The notes beneath the pieces are model-generated. The model was not told the DNA's origin and made no database searches. It was given only the letters and a program-made list of their open reading frames with translations. A stretch of DNA of 64,000 nt, from contig OZ242320.1 of NCBI GenBank assembly GCA_965208125.1, forward strand, positions 2,144,001 through 2,208,000, in the 5' to 3' direction. Made by a program: the position numbers and the translations under genes. The DNA is from Candidatus Latescibacterota bacterium (lineage in GTDB: Bacteria > Latescibacterota > UBA2968). Within the stretch, counting starts at the first letter, position 1, and every line of letters begins with the position of its first letter. Shown in pieces: positions 9,545 to 19,720 of this stretch.

Positions 9545-10633
9545 TTAAATTTGTTCATACCACCGCACATTGCCCGTGGACATGCCGCTTGCGGCGATGT
9601 CCAATTTGCCGTTGCCGCTGAGGTCTTCGATTGCCATTTGCCCCATGCCAATGCGGTTGTCGATTTGTTCAATGCTCCATGTGCCCGCTTCCAGGTTCTC
9701 CGGGCGATAGATGTGGAGGGCTGTGCCGGGTCCGTTGTATCCGGCGATGACTTCCAGTGCGTTGTCTCTGTCTATGTCGCCACACCACAGGGAGTGTCCG
9801 CGGTTGAGTTTGTCGCTGATCAGGTGCCGTTCCCACGCGCCTGTTCGGATGTCGCCGGTGGCTTTGTACCAGACGAGTTCATTGCCGTGCCAGGGTTCGA
9901 TGGAGAGTATTTCATTGATGCCATCGCCATCCATATCTACGGCAAAGGTTTCGCTGCTTTCGCGGGAACTTATGGTCCATCGGTTCCATTTTTCCGCGAA
10001 TCCATCCCCTTTGGGCGGCTCAAACCAGATCAGGCCGTCGCGTGTGCCGAGTAGTAAGTCCATGCGGCCATCGCCATCTACGTCGCATACGCTCAGGCCG
10101 TGATTGAGTCTCAATTGTCCGTCGATTAATCGCTTTTCCCACGGTTCATTTACCGGGTCTTGTGGTACGCGATAACACCACAATTCACCCGGCGCATCAA
10201 AGTCGTTGATCTGGCTTCCCGGTCCTTGCAATGTTGCGACAAATAGCAGGGGTTGACCGTTGACTTCTACCATTGCAATGCGGTGTGAATAGGGTACCCA
10301 GTCGATGAAGTGTTGGGTCCATATATTGCTGTGTTCAGGTGTTTGAAACCAGTGTAGATACTCCGGCGGGATCCGCTGTCTTCGCCCAAATCCGCTGCTC
10401 GCAATCACGTCTTTTCGACCGTTGCCCGTGACGTCGAATACCGATAGTGCAATGGTGCCGGGGTGCGCTTCTGATATGATTTGTTTTTCAAAATGGGGTC
10501 CTTCGTACAGGGCGATCATCGAGGTTCCCATAGAACCGGCTACGATGTCCAGGTGTCCGTTGTCTGTGACATCGGCGACTGTCATGCCATAGGCGCTGCG
10601 GATATTGTCGTCAATTTCGTGAATTATGAACAT
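9545..10633 (-). CDS. FG-GAP/VCBS-repeat beta-propeller (aldos-2-ulose dehydratase-like)
   Basis: Repeated DxDGDG motifs, IEPWHGN, GHSLWCGD; start placed at MFIIHE after AGGA. Confidence 0.75.
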   Translation of the reverse strand: MFIIHEIDDNIRSAYGMTVADVTDNGHLDIVAGSMGTSMIALYEGPHFEKQIISEAHPGTIALSVFDVTGNGRKDVIASSGFGRRQRIPPEYLHWFQTPEHSNIWTQHFIDWVPYSHRIAMVEVNGQPLLFVATLQGPGSQINDFDAPGELWCYRVPQDPVNEPWEKRLIDGQLRLNHGLSVCDVDGDGRMDLLLGTRDGLIWFEPPKGDGFAEKWNRWTISSRESSETFAVDMDGDGINEILSIEPWHGNELVWYKATGDIRTGAWERHLISDKLNRGHSLWCGDIDRDNALEVIAGYNGPGTALHIYRPENLEAGTWSIEQIDNRIGMGQMAIEDLSGNGKLDIAASGMSTGNVRWYEQI

Positions 10634-10689
10634 TTGTTTTCCTATTTTGACTGTTCTCCTCATCGCTAATGGCTCAATATACCGCGTGT

Positions 10690-11799
10690 TCAGGGTAAAA
10701 TCAAATGTAGATCGCCGAATTCGTGCCACAAATAATTTTTGTTGAGTGCGGCTTCATAAGTCAGTTTCAGGTGATCTAATCCCGCCAATGCCTGGAGCAT
10801 GGATAGATGTGTGGCACTCGGTTCGTGCATTCCGGTGAGTAAACTATCTACGATCTGCATGGGGCGGTCGGGTGAGATTATCAGGGATGTCCATCCTTCG
10901 CCCTGAGAGACATGGCCGGTTTTATCGGCTACGGTCTCGAGTGCGCGCACGACTGTTGTGCCAACGGCGATGATCCGTCCGCCGTTTTTTCGCGCGTTGT
11001 TGATTACTTGCGCTGTTTCGGCTGGTACGCGGTAGTATTCTTCATAAGGCGGTTCATCGGCTTCCAGGCTCGCCACGCCGGTGTGTAAGATCAGGGGGGC
11101 AATTTGTATGCCTTTTGCGACCAGTTTTGTGATGATTTTGGGTGTGAATGCTCTGCCGGCTGATGGCATTTCAGCGCTGCCCACTTCTGTTGCATATACG
11201 GTTTGATAATAGTCAATGGGCCAGTCGTTTTGCACATAGCCATACCGGATGGGCATGCCGTATATGTCCAGGTAGGTGTCCAGGTCATAGGGTAGATTCA
11301 GGGTTGCAATCCACAGGCGAACAGGGGCGTCGGGGTTGTGCCGCAGTTCGGAGCGATAGGGGGCGTGTAGTTGTGCCGATCCACTGCCGGGTAATGTGAA
11401 GACTTCGCCTGCTTGTGCGCGGGAAAAAGGCTGTGTTGCTATACCATTGGGTTGACGTATTTCAACTGCCCACATGTTGGCGGGCAGTTGCGTTGATAGA
11501 TGTAGTCTGAGTTCTGTTCCATCGGGCCGAATGATGGGCAAAGATGCTTTGCGCGTGCCACTGGTGTTGATGACGACTACGTCGCCCGCATGGAGCACGT
11601 CGGGCAGGTCGCGAAATGCGATGTGTTCAATCGCATCATCACTTCGCCAGGAGACCATCAACCGAACCTGGTCCCGGCTGAGGCCACGCGCTTCGGGCGG
11701 TTCGCCCGCTTCCAGGTTGGATGGCAGATCAAATGTCAGGGAGTCCAGTCTGGAATCTACCATTGTGATGGGGAGTACTGTGTTGGGTATTATGGACAT
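10690..11799 (-). CDS. QueA-like protein (non-canonical subfamily)
   Basis: YQTVYA, GSAEMPSAGRAF, IAVGTTVVRALE, YLWHEFGDLHLI. Confidence 0.85.
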   Translation of the reverse strand: MSIIPNTVLPITMVDSRLDSLTFDLPSNLEAGEPPEARGLSRDQVRLMVSWRSDDAIEHIAFRDLPDVLHAGDVVVINTSGTRKASLPIIRPDGTELRLHLSTQLPANMWAVEIRQPNGIATQPFSRAQAGEVFTLPGSGSAQLHAPYRSELRHNPDAPVRLWIATLNLPYDLDTYLDIYGMPIRYGYVQNDWPIDYYQTVYATEVGSAEMPSAGRAFTPKIITKLVAKGIQIAPLILHTGVASLEADEPPYEEYYRVPAETAQVINNARKNGGRIIAVGTTVVRALETVADKTGHVSQGEGWTSLIISPDRPMQIVDSLLTGMHEPSATHLSMLQALAGLDHLKLTYEAALNKNYLWHEFGDLHLILP

Positions 11800-11813
11800 G
11801 AGATGTCTCCTTT

Positions 11814-12515
11814 CTATTTTGCGAGGGCGGTGAGTAGTTCGCGTGCGGCATAGCGTCCACTGGGATAATTGCTTTCTATGAGTTCGATAAATCCCGGTAC
11901 ACTGGTTTCCGGCAAGGGGCGGTCGCTGATGTCTTCAAAGGGGAATGCTTCTCGGTGCATTTGCGTTCGCATGTCGCCGGGATCTACCCAGTAGATGCGC
12001 CAGTCGGGGCGTTCTGTTGCGAGTACGTTGGAGAGTTGTTCAAGCGCGGCTTTAGAGGAGCCGTATCCGCCCCAGCCCGGGTACGCTTCGCGCGCGGCAT
12101 CGCTGGTGATGTTGATTACGCGAGCATCTGGCTTTAATGTGTGTTGTAGCGCCTGGAGCACGCCCAGGGGCGCGATTGCGTTGGCGCGATAGACGTCTGC
12201 CAAAGTATCGAGCGGGTAATCGAGCAGTTCGGGCTGGGGACTCGGTCCCAATATGCCCGCGTTGTTGATTACGGTGTCCAGGCCGCCTATTTCTTTTGCC
12301 GCGTGCGCCAGTGCTTTCCGGTGTTTGGCGTCTGTTACGTCTCCGGCGATGGCGATGACTTCGGTCCATTTGCTCAGTTCTTTGCGCGCGTGTTCGAGTG
12401 CGTCTGCGCCTCTTGCGTCGATGATCAGCCGCCAATTTTGCTGTGCGAGTTCGCGTGCGAGAGCCAGACCCAGGCCACGAGATGCGCCGGTGATGAGAGC
12501 TGTTCGTTCTGACAT
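11814..12515 (-). CDS. Short-chain dehydrogenase/reductase
   Basis: TGASRGLG, NNAG, YGSSK, DPGDMRT; start at MSERT after GGAGG. Confidence 0.9.
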   Translation of the reverse strand: MSERTALITGASRGLGLALARELAQQNWRLIIDARGADALEHARKELSKWTEVIAIAGDVTDAKHRKALAHAAKEIGGLDTVINNAGILGPSPQPELLDYPLDTLADVYRANAIAPLGVLQALQHTLKPDARVINITSDAAREAYPGWGGYGSSKAALEQLSNVLATERPDWRIYWVDPGDMRTQMHREAFPFEDISDRPLPETSVPGFIELIESNYPSGRYAARELLTALAK

Positions 12516-12573
12516 TTTGAATCCTCCTGTAAGGGTGAGAGCCTGTCTGTTTGTTGTGGTCAAAATTTATCAT

Positions 12574-12604
12574 AAAAAAAAGCCCTCTGCATCGCACAGA
12601 GGGC
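12574..12604 (-). terminator. Rho-independent terminator
   Basis: Minus strand gccctctgtgcgatgcagagggc followed by T8. Confidence 0.75.
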
Positions 12605-12674
12605 GTGTTTGATACCCGTTCTTTAGGACAGGAGAGGGCCTGTCTATTTTATCGAGAATTTAGTTATTGCAGGT

Positions 12675-13736
12675 CTATCCGAGTAGCGCACCACAATCCC
12701 AATCCTTATACGCTTTCATCGCATTTTGAACGGAGAATGCGCGCTTCCATAAGATCGGACAGAAGACACACGATAGCACGGATAGGCGATAATCGTACTC
12801 GAATTGGTCTCGGCTGTAATTTTCGATGTCTCCGGCCACGAGTTTTTTATAGTAAAAATCCATGAGTAGGCCTTCGAGTACTTTTCGTTCAGATGTCCCG
12901 TGGATCAGCATGTAGGCGAGGTCGTAAGCACCAAGTCCTCGTTTATAGGTTTCCCAATCGAAGAGAATGATCCGGTGCTTTGATGAGTCCTTCGGATAAA
13001 ACAGGTTCCACAGATGCGCGTCACCGTGTAGCATTGTGATGTTTTTTCCATTTGCGACACGCGCGAGGAATACATCTGGATATCCGTGAATCACGCGCTC
13101 CATTATTTCGATGTGAGAGGGATTGAGGTCGTCTCCCAGTTCTCGTGTCAGTGGTTTCAGGGCTTTTTCAAAGCTGGCGCAGCTATCGCGCACGTCTTTT
13201 TCCGATATCGCCTGAGCCATGCGAAGTGGACCACCGGCCTGCATCATGAATGGCCACTCGTCCAAACGTGGATCATTCCACCATCGGATGTGATATTTGA
13301 GCAGTTCTTCAATTACGGCTTTGTGAAGTTGTTCGGTGGCCTCCTTTGGCCCATCTTTATGTGTCACCGATAGGTCTGGCATGAGATAGTGGCAATTTTT
13401 CTCATTGTGATCGAATCCACAGTCAAAAACAGGACAGATAGACGCATCAGGCGTTTTTGGCGCGAGTTCATTGTAAAATGTCCATTCGACGACTCCGCCC
13501 CCGAACCATCCCTTTCGATAGACCTTTAACACGATCGCATTTGGAATATCACCCACGTAGTCTTCGCTGAATGTCAGCGAGAGCCTGTCCCATTCCGCGC
13601 ACGACGATCCGAATGAGTCCGTTTTTTCGATGGATGTGACCGAACCCGATTTCAGAAATCCGTTGCGACCAAATCGATCCGTTAGTAACGCAGGTGTCAG
13701 TTGTTCGGCATGGGTGATGGGTTCCGATAATTTCAT
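12675..13736 (-). CDS. APH/ecdysteroid-kinase-like phosphotransferase
   Basis: LHGDAHLWN, FDWE, DLAY. Confidence 0.8.
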   Translation of the reverse strand: MKLSEPITHAEQLTPALLTDRFGRNGFLKSGSVTSIEKTDSFGSSCAEWDRLSLTFSEDYVGDIPNAIVLKVYRKGWFGGGVVEWTFYNELAPKTPDASICPVFDCGFDHNEKNCHYLMPDLSVTHKDGPKEATEQLHKAVIEELLKYHIRWWNDPRLDEWPFMMQAGGPLRMAQAISEKDVRDSCASFEKALKPLTRELGDDLNPSHIEIMERVIHGYPDVFLARVANGKNITMLHGDAHLWNLFYPKDSSKHRIILFDWETYKRGLGAYDLAYMLIHGTSERKVLEGLLMDFYYKKLVAGDIENYSRDQFEYDYRLSVLSCVFCPILWKRAFSVQNAMKAYKDWDCGALLG

Positions 13737-13904
13737 TAGCTTTTTTTAATAAAGATGTACGGAAGGAATACAGATTGTTTTGTCTTCATACAAAGATCAT
13801 GCTATTATGCGTTCCATGCGAACCTGCATGATTGCGACAAAATCGTTGTTATTGAAAATAAAGCCAGAGTTTTGCGTGGCGTCAAGGGTGAAAAGGAGAA
13901 AATT

Positions 13905-15533
13905 ATGTCTGGTATAGATGTGGGACAGATTGGATGGAAGGCTGAGAGTAAGACGGGTGTTGTGGCAGCGGGTGGCGCAGGTGCTGTGGCAGCGGGTGTT
14001 GAGATTCTGGATAGGGGGGGCAATGCGGCCGATGCAGCCGCGGCGACTATTTTTGCGCTGAATGTTACGGATCACGGCGCGTGTTCGATTGGCGGGGAGG
14101 TTCCGCTTCTTATTTATGATGCTGGGACTTCGGAGGTTAAGGCATTGAGCGGGCAGGGACGGGCACCGCGGTCTCAGGAGGCGATTGACTGGTATATGAA
14201 GAATGGTATTCCGGGGGATGGGGATATGAAGATGGCGCCCGTGCCTTCGGTTGTGGATTTGTGTATTACGACGCTCAGGCGATACGGTACGATGTCGTTT
14301 GAAGAGATTATCGCGCCTGTGCTTGCTCTGCTCGATGCGGGGGAGGATGACTGGCATCCCAATCTTGCGAGGACGTTGCGAAAACTCGTTGAGGAGGAGC
14401 ATCTCGCGTCGGGGAGCCGGGAGGAGAAGTTGCAGGCTGCCGCGGATCGCTTTTACGGGCGGAATAAGTACCGCAATGATATTGCCGAGGAGCTTGAGGC
14501 TTTTTATGTCGCAAAGGGGGGCTTTTTGCGTCGGGAAGATCTGGCGACGCATATTACGACGATTGAAGATCCAGTTACGGTTTCTTATCGGGGGTACACG
14601 GTTTGCAAATGTGGACCGTGGACGCAGGGGCCTTATTTGTGTCAGGCACTGCGCTTGCTCGAGAAGTTCGATGTCAAAGCGATGGGCCATCTTTCGGCGG
14701 ATTATATTCACGTTGTTACGGAAGCGATCAAACTGGCGATGGCGGACCGCGATGCGTATTATGCCGATCCCGATTTTTCGGGTGTGCCTCTGGGGGGATT
14801 GCTTTCCGATGCGTACACGGATTTGCGCGTGCCACTTATCGATATGCAAGCGGCTTCTCTGGAGGCGCGTCCGGGTGATCCGTATCTGATGCAGCCGGTT
14901 AAAGAAGGCGGTGTGTTCCGTCCTGGCATTGGGGGGACGACGACCTGTGTGGTGGCGGATCGCTGGGGCAATGTGGTCGCGGCAACGCCGAGTGCCAATG
15001 TTCACCGTCCCACGATTGATGGGGGAAGTATGGGGGTTACTTATGGGAATCGTTTGCGGAGTCTGAATACGACGGCGGGGCATCCGAATTGTATCCAGCC
15101 GGGGAAGCGCCCGCGCATTACGCTGACGCCTACGCTGGTTCTGAAAGATGGGCGACCGATTCTCGGGATTAGCGTTGCGGGTGGGGATTTGCAAGATCAG
15201 ACGACGTTGAATTTGTTGCTGGATTTTGTCGAGTTTGGGATTATGCCGGAGGAGGCTGTTACTGCGCCCCGTTTTGCCACAGCGCATCACAACGATTCTT
15301 TTGATCCCAATCCCATCCGCGAGCAGACGTTCAAACAGGCGGGGTCGCTGACGCTGAATGATGCGATAGATCAGGATGTGCAGGACGATCTCGCCAGTCG
15401 GGGACATCAGGTTGAGGCGAAAGCATCTAATATTGCGACGCCTGTTATGGTTTATGTGGATCGGGAAGAGGGCGTATATTACGCCGCAGGCGATCCCAAA
15501 GCGGGGCGTCACGCCGCGGGGTTGGAGTTTTGA
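13905..15533 (+). CDS. Gamma-glutamyltransferase family protein
   Basis: GGNAADAA, EAIKLAMADRD, TT nucleophile (GTTTCVVADRWGN), PGKRPRITL; start after AAGGAG. Confidence 0.9.
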   Translation: MSGIDVGQIGWKAESKTGVVAAGGAGAVAAGVEILDRGGNAADAAAATIFALNVTDHGACSIGGEVPLLIYDAGTSEVKALSGQGRAPRSQEAIDWYMKNGIPGDGDMKMAPVPSVVDLCITTLRRYGTMSFEEIIAPVLALLDAGEDDWHPNLARTLRKLVEEEHLASGSREEKLQAAADRFYGRNKYRNDIAEELEAFYVAKGGFLRREDLATHITTIEDPVTVSYRGYTVCKCGPWTQGPYLCQALRLLEKFDVKAMGHLSADYIHVVTEAIKLAMADRDAYYADPDFSGVPLGGLLSDAYTDLRVPLIDMQAASLEARPGDPYLMQPVKEGGVFRPGIGGTTTCVVADRWGNVVAATPSANVHRPTIDGGSMGVTYGNRLRSLNTTAGHPNCIQPGKRPRITLTPTLVLKDGRPILGISVAGGDLQDQTTLNLLLDFVEFGIMPEEAVTAPRFATAHHNDSFDPNPIREQTFKQAGSLTLNDAIDQDVQDDLASRGHQVEAKASNIATPVMVYVDREEGVYYAAGDPKAGRHAAGLEF

Positions 15534-15628
15534 CTTTTTTATACCTCTTGATCATGGCATGGTTAAGGGCTATATTAAAATGGTGCTAATTTCCTGTTTT
15601 ATCAGAACAATTTGAGTGAAAAATTATA

Positions 15629-16057
15629 TTGAATACCGAAGCTGCAAAATCCCTATCTTATGCAAAGCAACATCTGGAACGCGTCCGCGCAGCATGGGAC
15701 GATCCTACTGATTGGGCAGACCTTACAATTTATGGGTTTTACTGTCTTGAAGCGGCTATTGTCGCGGCAGGCTTACATATAGGTCTGGATTTCCAAAGAT
15801 CCCATACAGATAAAGCTGAAATAGCGCGTAAGCTTTTTCAATCTCATGGATTGCCAGATGTTGCCGATTTTCTTTGGGATCTGAATACGGCTCGTAAAGC
15901 TTCGGCTTATGGCGATGTAGATTTTCCAGATTTGGATGCACAGGACGTGGCTGATAAACTTGAAGAATATGTGGAAGCAGTTTCTGCATTATTGGGAGAT
16001 GGATCAAATGATCAGGATGATCAGAAATCTGACGAGCAATCGTCCGAAGAACATTGA
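15629..16057 (+). CDS. HEPN-domain protein
   Basis: FYCLEAAIVA, SH, RKASAYGD (Rx4Y); lower-GC segment. Confidence 0.7.
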   Translation: MNTEAAKSLSYAKQHLERVRAAWDDPTDWADLTIYGFYCLEAAIVAAGLHIGLDFQRSHTDKAEIARKLFQSHGLPDVADFLWDLNTARKASAYGDVDFPDLDAQDVADKLEEYVEAVSALLGDGSNDQDDQKSDEQSSEEH

Positions 16058-16691
16058 TTCATTGCGCTTTCTCAAAACGATTGATAAATGGCCCAGTACC
16101 TATGCGAAAGAGTGGGTCGAAAATTTTGTACCCAGATTGTGCAGGCAACCCGATATCTGGGCGATTGTGATTTTTGGTTCTGTTATTCGCCAAAATGTCA
16201 AATACTGCCTGGATGTTGACTTGTTGATTATTTATCAGAATGATAGGCCAAATTTTGCGTCTCCCCCCCTTGATGTTGATATCAGGTCATATTGTCGAGA
16301 GGATGTAGAGTCTCTTATTACAGAGGGGCACGAGGTTTTGGGATGGACAATTCGTTTTGGAAAGGTTCTTTACGAGAAAGATAAGTATTGGTCAAACTTG
16401 TGTGACAAATGGAAAGATCATCTTCCTTCGCCCTCTGCAAAAGTGGCGGATAAACGTGCCGAAAGAGCGAAGCAGCTTTTTGAGGATATTAAAGTGATTG
16501 GTGACGAGGATGCAGCAGAGGAACAATTTATCGCGATGTTGACACAAATGGCGCGTGCATGTCTAATCAGGTCAGGTATTTATCCCGCATCCCGTCCTGA
16601 ACTACCAGATCAGTTAAAATCTGTTGGGAAATACTGTCTTGCCTCTCAATTGGAAGAGGTTTTACAGAAACGCCGTGAATTGAAAGTATGA
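16008..16691 (+). CDS. Minimal nucleotidyltransferase with C-terminal helical, HEPN-like domain
   Basis: IVIFGSVIR...DVDLLII (GS/DxD); start uncertain. Confidence 0.7.
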   Translation: MIRMIRNLTSNRPKNIDSLRFLKTIDKWPSTYAKEWVENFVPRLCRQPDIWAIVIFGSVIRQNVKYCLDVDLLIIYQNDRPNFASPPLDVDIRSYCREDVESLITEGHEVLGWTIRFGKVLYEKDKYWSNLCDKWKDHLPSPSAKVADKRAERAKQLFEDIKVIGDEDAAEEQFIAMLTQMARACLIRSGIYPASRPELPDQLKSVGKYCLASQLEEVLQKRRELKV

Positions 16692-16697
16692 TCTCAT

Positions 16698-19619
16698 GTG
16701 AGTAATCTTTCCAGAAAATCCTTCCCCATAACGCAGCATATCACCGCGTTGATATGTTTTTTTTTGTCGGGGTTTGCCGGGCTGGTTTACGAAGTTGCCT
16801 GGATACGGCAGGCCGCGCTTTTGTTTGGGTCAACGACCTTTGCGGTGAGCGCAGTTCTATCTGTTTTTTTTCTGGGTCTGGCTATTGGGGCGTATCTTTT
16901 TGGGCGCGTTGGGCAACGGACTTCCCGGCCGCTCATTCTTTTTGGATATGTCGAGATTGGTCTGGGTTTTCTGGCTCTGATCAGTCCTTATGCTTTTGAT
17001 TTTGCAGATTTTCTCTATGGCATCGCGTATAGAATGTTGAGCGATGCTCCCTTCCTGCGGTTCACTACCCGTCTTTTTCTGGTTGCGCTCGTCGTTCTGC
17101 CGCCCACTGTTCTGATGGGCGGTACGCTTCCCCTTTTTTGCCGTCAGTATTCGCGCAATAGCGGTAGAATTGCGCGGGCTGTTGGTCTGCTCTACGGTGT
17201 CAATACCCTGGGAGCTGCGTTGGGGTGCGCGGCTGCGGGGTTTGTTTTTTTGCCGGATCTGGGTTTGCGCGGTGCGATCTATATTGGTGTGGTATGCAAT
17301 ATTCTGAGTGGTGTTGTTGTTCGCGCGCTGTCTATTGCCCGGGAGGATGTGTTTTCCGATTCGACGCAGTCCCGCGGTGTGAGTGGCAAGCTCCCGCGGA
17401 GTGGGGTTGTATTTGTTCTGTTTTTTGCGATTGGTTTTGTGGCTCTGGGCGCCGAGGTGCTGTGGGTGCGGTATCTGGGGCTTCTGATCAATAATACGGT
17501 TTATACTTATACGCTGGCGTTGAGCGTTGTGCTGGTTGGGCTGGTTCTGGGGAGTTTTCTCGCTGCTCAGTTTTCGGATAAGACGGAGATGCGGGCGTAT
17601 TATTTGGGCGCGTTTCAGATTGCGACGGGTCTTGTTGTGCTGGCGCTTTTGATGTTTTCGCCGGAGACATGGCGAGGATTGGGCAGTGATTTGTATATTT
17701 ATTTTGCAGTGCTTTTGCCTCCTGCTGTGTTGGGTGGTGCGGCTTTTCCGCTTGCGATTCGTCTGGTGATTCGCAATGCGGAATATACGTCTGGGATGGC
17801 GGGTAATCTGATTGCGGTGAATACGCTTGGGGGTATTCTCGGGTCTCTTTTGATCGGTTTTTTGGGGATTCCCTTTTTTGGTCTTGAGAAGAGTCTGTTT
17901 TTTATTACGGGCGCGAATCTCGCTATTGGCATTTCTGCATGGTTTTTGCTGGATCGAAGATATCGCGTGTTCAAATATGCGGCTGCGCTGGTTGCCGTTC
18001 TGGTCTATTTGGGTATTCCGTATTTTTCGCAGACGCGAGTGCCTGCGGATTTTATCGGTGAGGGGCGGGATCTCGTGGCGTTCCGAGAGGGTTATGGCGC
18101 GAATATGGCGGTTGTGCGGCGGGAGGATGATCTGGAACTGGAGATTGACCGCTGGTGGCAGGGTGGGAGTAAGAAGAACCATCAGATTATGGCGGCGCAT
18201 GTGCCGATGCTTTTGCATCCGAATCCCAAACGGGTCGTTGTTGTGGGGGCTGGTACGGGGCAGACGATTAGCCGTTTTCTGATGTATCCCATTGATTATC
18301 TGGCGTGTGTGGATATCGAGCCTGCGCTTTTTCCTTTTGTTGAGGAATATTTTGAGACGGAGTGGATGGGGGATCCGCGCGTGGAGATTATCGCTGAAGA
18401 TGGGCGCAATTTTCTGCGCCATACTGCGGCGACTTATGATATTATTTCGCTTGAGCTTGGCGAGGTGTCCCGCCCGGGTGTGGCGTTTTTTTATACGGTT
18501 GATTTCTATGCGCGCGTTCGAGAACGCCTGACGTCAGGTGGGTATCTGGTGCAGTTTGTGCCGCTGCGCTTTCTGACGGAGGACCAGTTCCGCGGTGTTG
18601 TGCGCAGTTTTTTGACTGTTTTTCCGCAGAGTGTTTTGTGGTATAATACGTCTGAGCTTTTGCTTATTGGCTCGGGGGATGATGCGTTTAATATTGCTCA
18701 GGGGAAACTGTTGGGTGTGGATGAGGAGATTCATGCGGATCTTCAATATAGCCACTGGGGCGGGGTGGCGTATTATCTCAATCAGCCGCACGTTTTTTGG
18801 GGTGGTTATTTGATGGGGGCTGAGGGGCTGGCTTCTGCGACGGTTGAGGCGGATACGTATTGGGATGATCGACCGATTCTGGACTACGAGTCGGTTCAGA
18901 ATGCGGAGAGCGATGGGCTTGCGTTTGCAGAGTTGCTGTATAAATATCGGGATTCTATTGATGCGTTGATGCCGGGTGAGGTGGATGCGCGTATTGCGGC
19001 GGTTCAGAGTAAAAATTTAAGGGAGATTGCCGCGCGCGTTTTTGTCCGTGAGGCGTCGGATTTGATTCCCGCGCGAGAACACAGACGGATTGCTACGCTT
19101 TGTGCCGAGGCGATTCGCCGACTTCCCGAATATCTGGAGGCGCATCGCATGTTCGCCGATGCGATGATGCAACTGGGGCGTTTGCAGGATGCCGAAAGAC
19201 ACTATACGCGGGTTTTGGAACTCGATCCGGCAGATGCACGCGCGCTGAATGGACGGGCTGTGGCGTTTCACCGCGCGGGACGGCTTGAAGATGCGGTTCG
19301 CTGCTATGAGAATGCGATTCGCTACCATCCGAATAATGCGCTGTCGCAAAATGGTATCGCTATGGCGCTTCACAGGCTGGGACGTTTTGATGAAGCGATT
19401 CAGCACTACAAGGATGCGATTCGCTTGCATCCGGATAGGCCCGATACGTATGCCGACCTGGGCATGGCGCTGGCACAGGCGGGGAGGTTGCGAGAGGCTG
19501 TTCCCTATTTGGAGAAGGCGCTCGCACTGCGGTCGAATTTTACACGGGTGCAGCGGGTTCTCGCGCAGATACGAAGAGAAGTGGAGAGTGAGAATAGTGA
19601 AGGAGGAAGTGTGAAATGA
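16698..19619 (+). CDS. Fused membrane domain / spermidine synthase-like domain / TPR protein
   Basis: SGFAGLVYEVAW membrane domain; VVGAGTG and EDGRNFL SAM-fold motifs; C-terminal TPRs. Confidence 0.88.
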   Translation: MSNLSRKSFPITQHITALICFFLSGFAGLVYEVAWIRQAALLFGSTTFAVSAVLSVFFLGLAIGAYLFGRVGQRTSRPLILFGYVEIGLGFLALISPYAFDFADFLYGIAYRMLSDAPFLRFTTRLFLVALVVLPPTVLMGGTLPLFCRQYSRNSGRIARAVGLLYGVNTLGAALGCAAAGFVFLPDLGLRGAIYIGVVCNILSGVVVRALSIAREDVFSDSTQSRGVSGKLPRSGVVFVLFFAIGFVALGAEVLWVRYLGLLINNTVYTYTLALSVVLVGLVLGSFLAAQFSDKTEMRAYYLGAFQIATGLVVLALLMFSPETWRGLGSDLYIYFAVLLPPAVLGGAAFPLAIRLVIRNAEYTSGMAGNLIAVNTLGGILGSLLIGFLGIPFFGLEKSLFFITGANLAIGISAWFLLDRRYRVFKYAAALVAVLVYLGIPYFSQTRVPADFIGEGRDLVAFREGYGANMAVVRREDDLELEIDRWWQGGSKKNHQIMAAHVPMLLHPNPKRVVVVGAGTGQTISRFLMYPIDYLACVDIEPALFPFVEEYFETEWMGDPRVEIIAEDGRNFLRHTAATYDIISLELGEVSRPGVAFFYTVDFYARVRERLTSGGYLVQFVPLRFLTEDQFRGVVRSFLTVFPQSVLWYNTSELLLIGSGDDAFNIAQGKLLGVDEEIHADLQYSHWGGVAYYLNQPHVFWGGYLMGAEGLASATVEADTYWDDRPILDYESVQNAESDGLAFAELLYKYRDSIDALMPGEVDARIAAVQSKNLREIAARVFVREASDLIPAREHRRIATLCAEAIRRLPEYLEAHRMFADAMMQLGRLQDAERHYTRVLELDPADARALNGRAVAFHRAGRLEDAVRCYENAIRYHPNNALSQNGIAMALHRLGRFDEAIQHYKDAIRLHPDRPDTYADLGMALAQAGRLREAVPYLEKALALRSNFTRVQRVLAQIRREVESENSEGGSVK

Positions 19620-19706
19620 GAAGTGTGAAGGAGGAAGTGTGAAGTACCTGCCTTTGGGTGGTAGGGGTGGGCCTTCTTACTTCTACCTTTTCACTTCTAA
19701 ACTTCA
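19597..19706. repeat. Heptamer-armed palindromic element, copy A
   Basis: (gaagtgt/gaaggag)n left arm, G-rich core, (acttc)n right arm. Confidence 0.7.
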
Positions 19707-19720
19707 ACAAGGAGGGCTTT

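Noticed and set aside
10690-11799. Gene symbol queA
   Set aside because: Signature motifs differ from canonical QueA.
12516-12674. preQ1 or other riboswitch upstream of the SDR / QueA-like genes
   Set aside because: The hairpins (gacagg...cctgtc and a T-tailed stem) do not match the preQ1 consensus. The T-tailed stem is adequately explained as the kinase gene terminator. An Rfam scan would settle it.
13797-18422. Long antisense ORFs (571 aa at 13797-15512, 521 aa at 16857-18422) and similar ones at 609-1307, 25941-26879 and 58683-59711
   Set aside because: Shadows of well-supported genes on the opposite strand; biased composition and no motifs.
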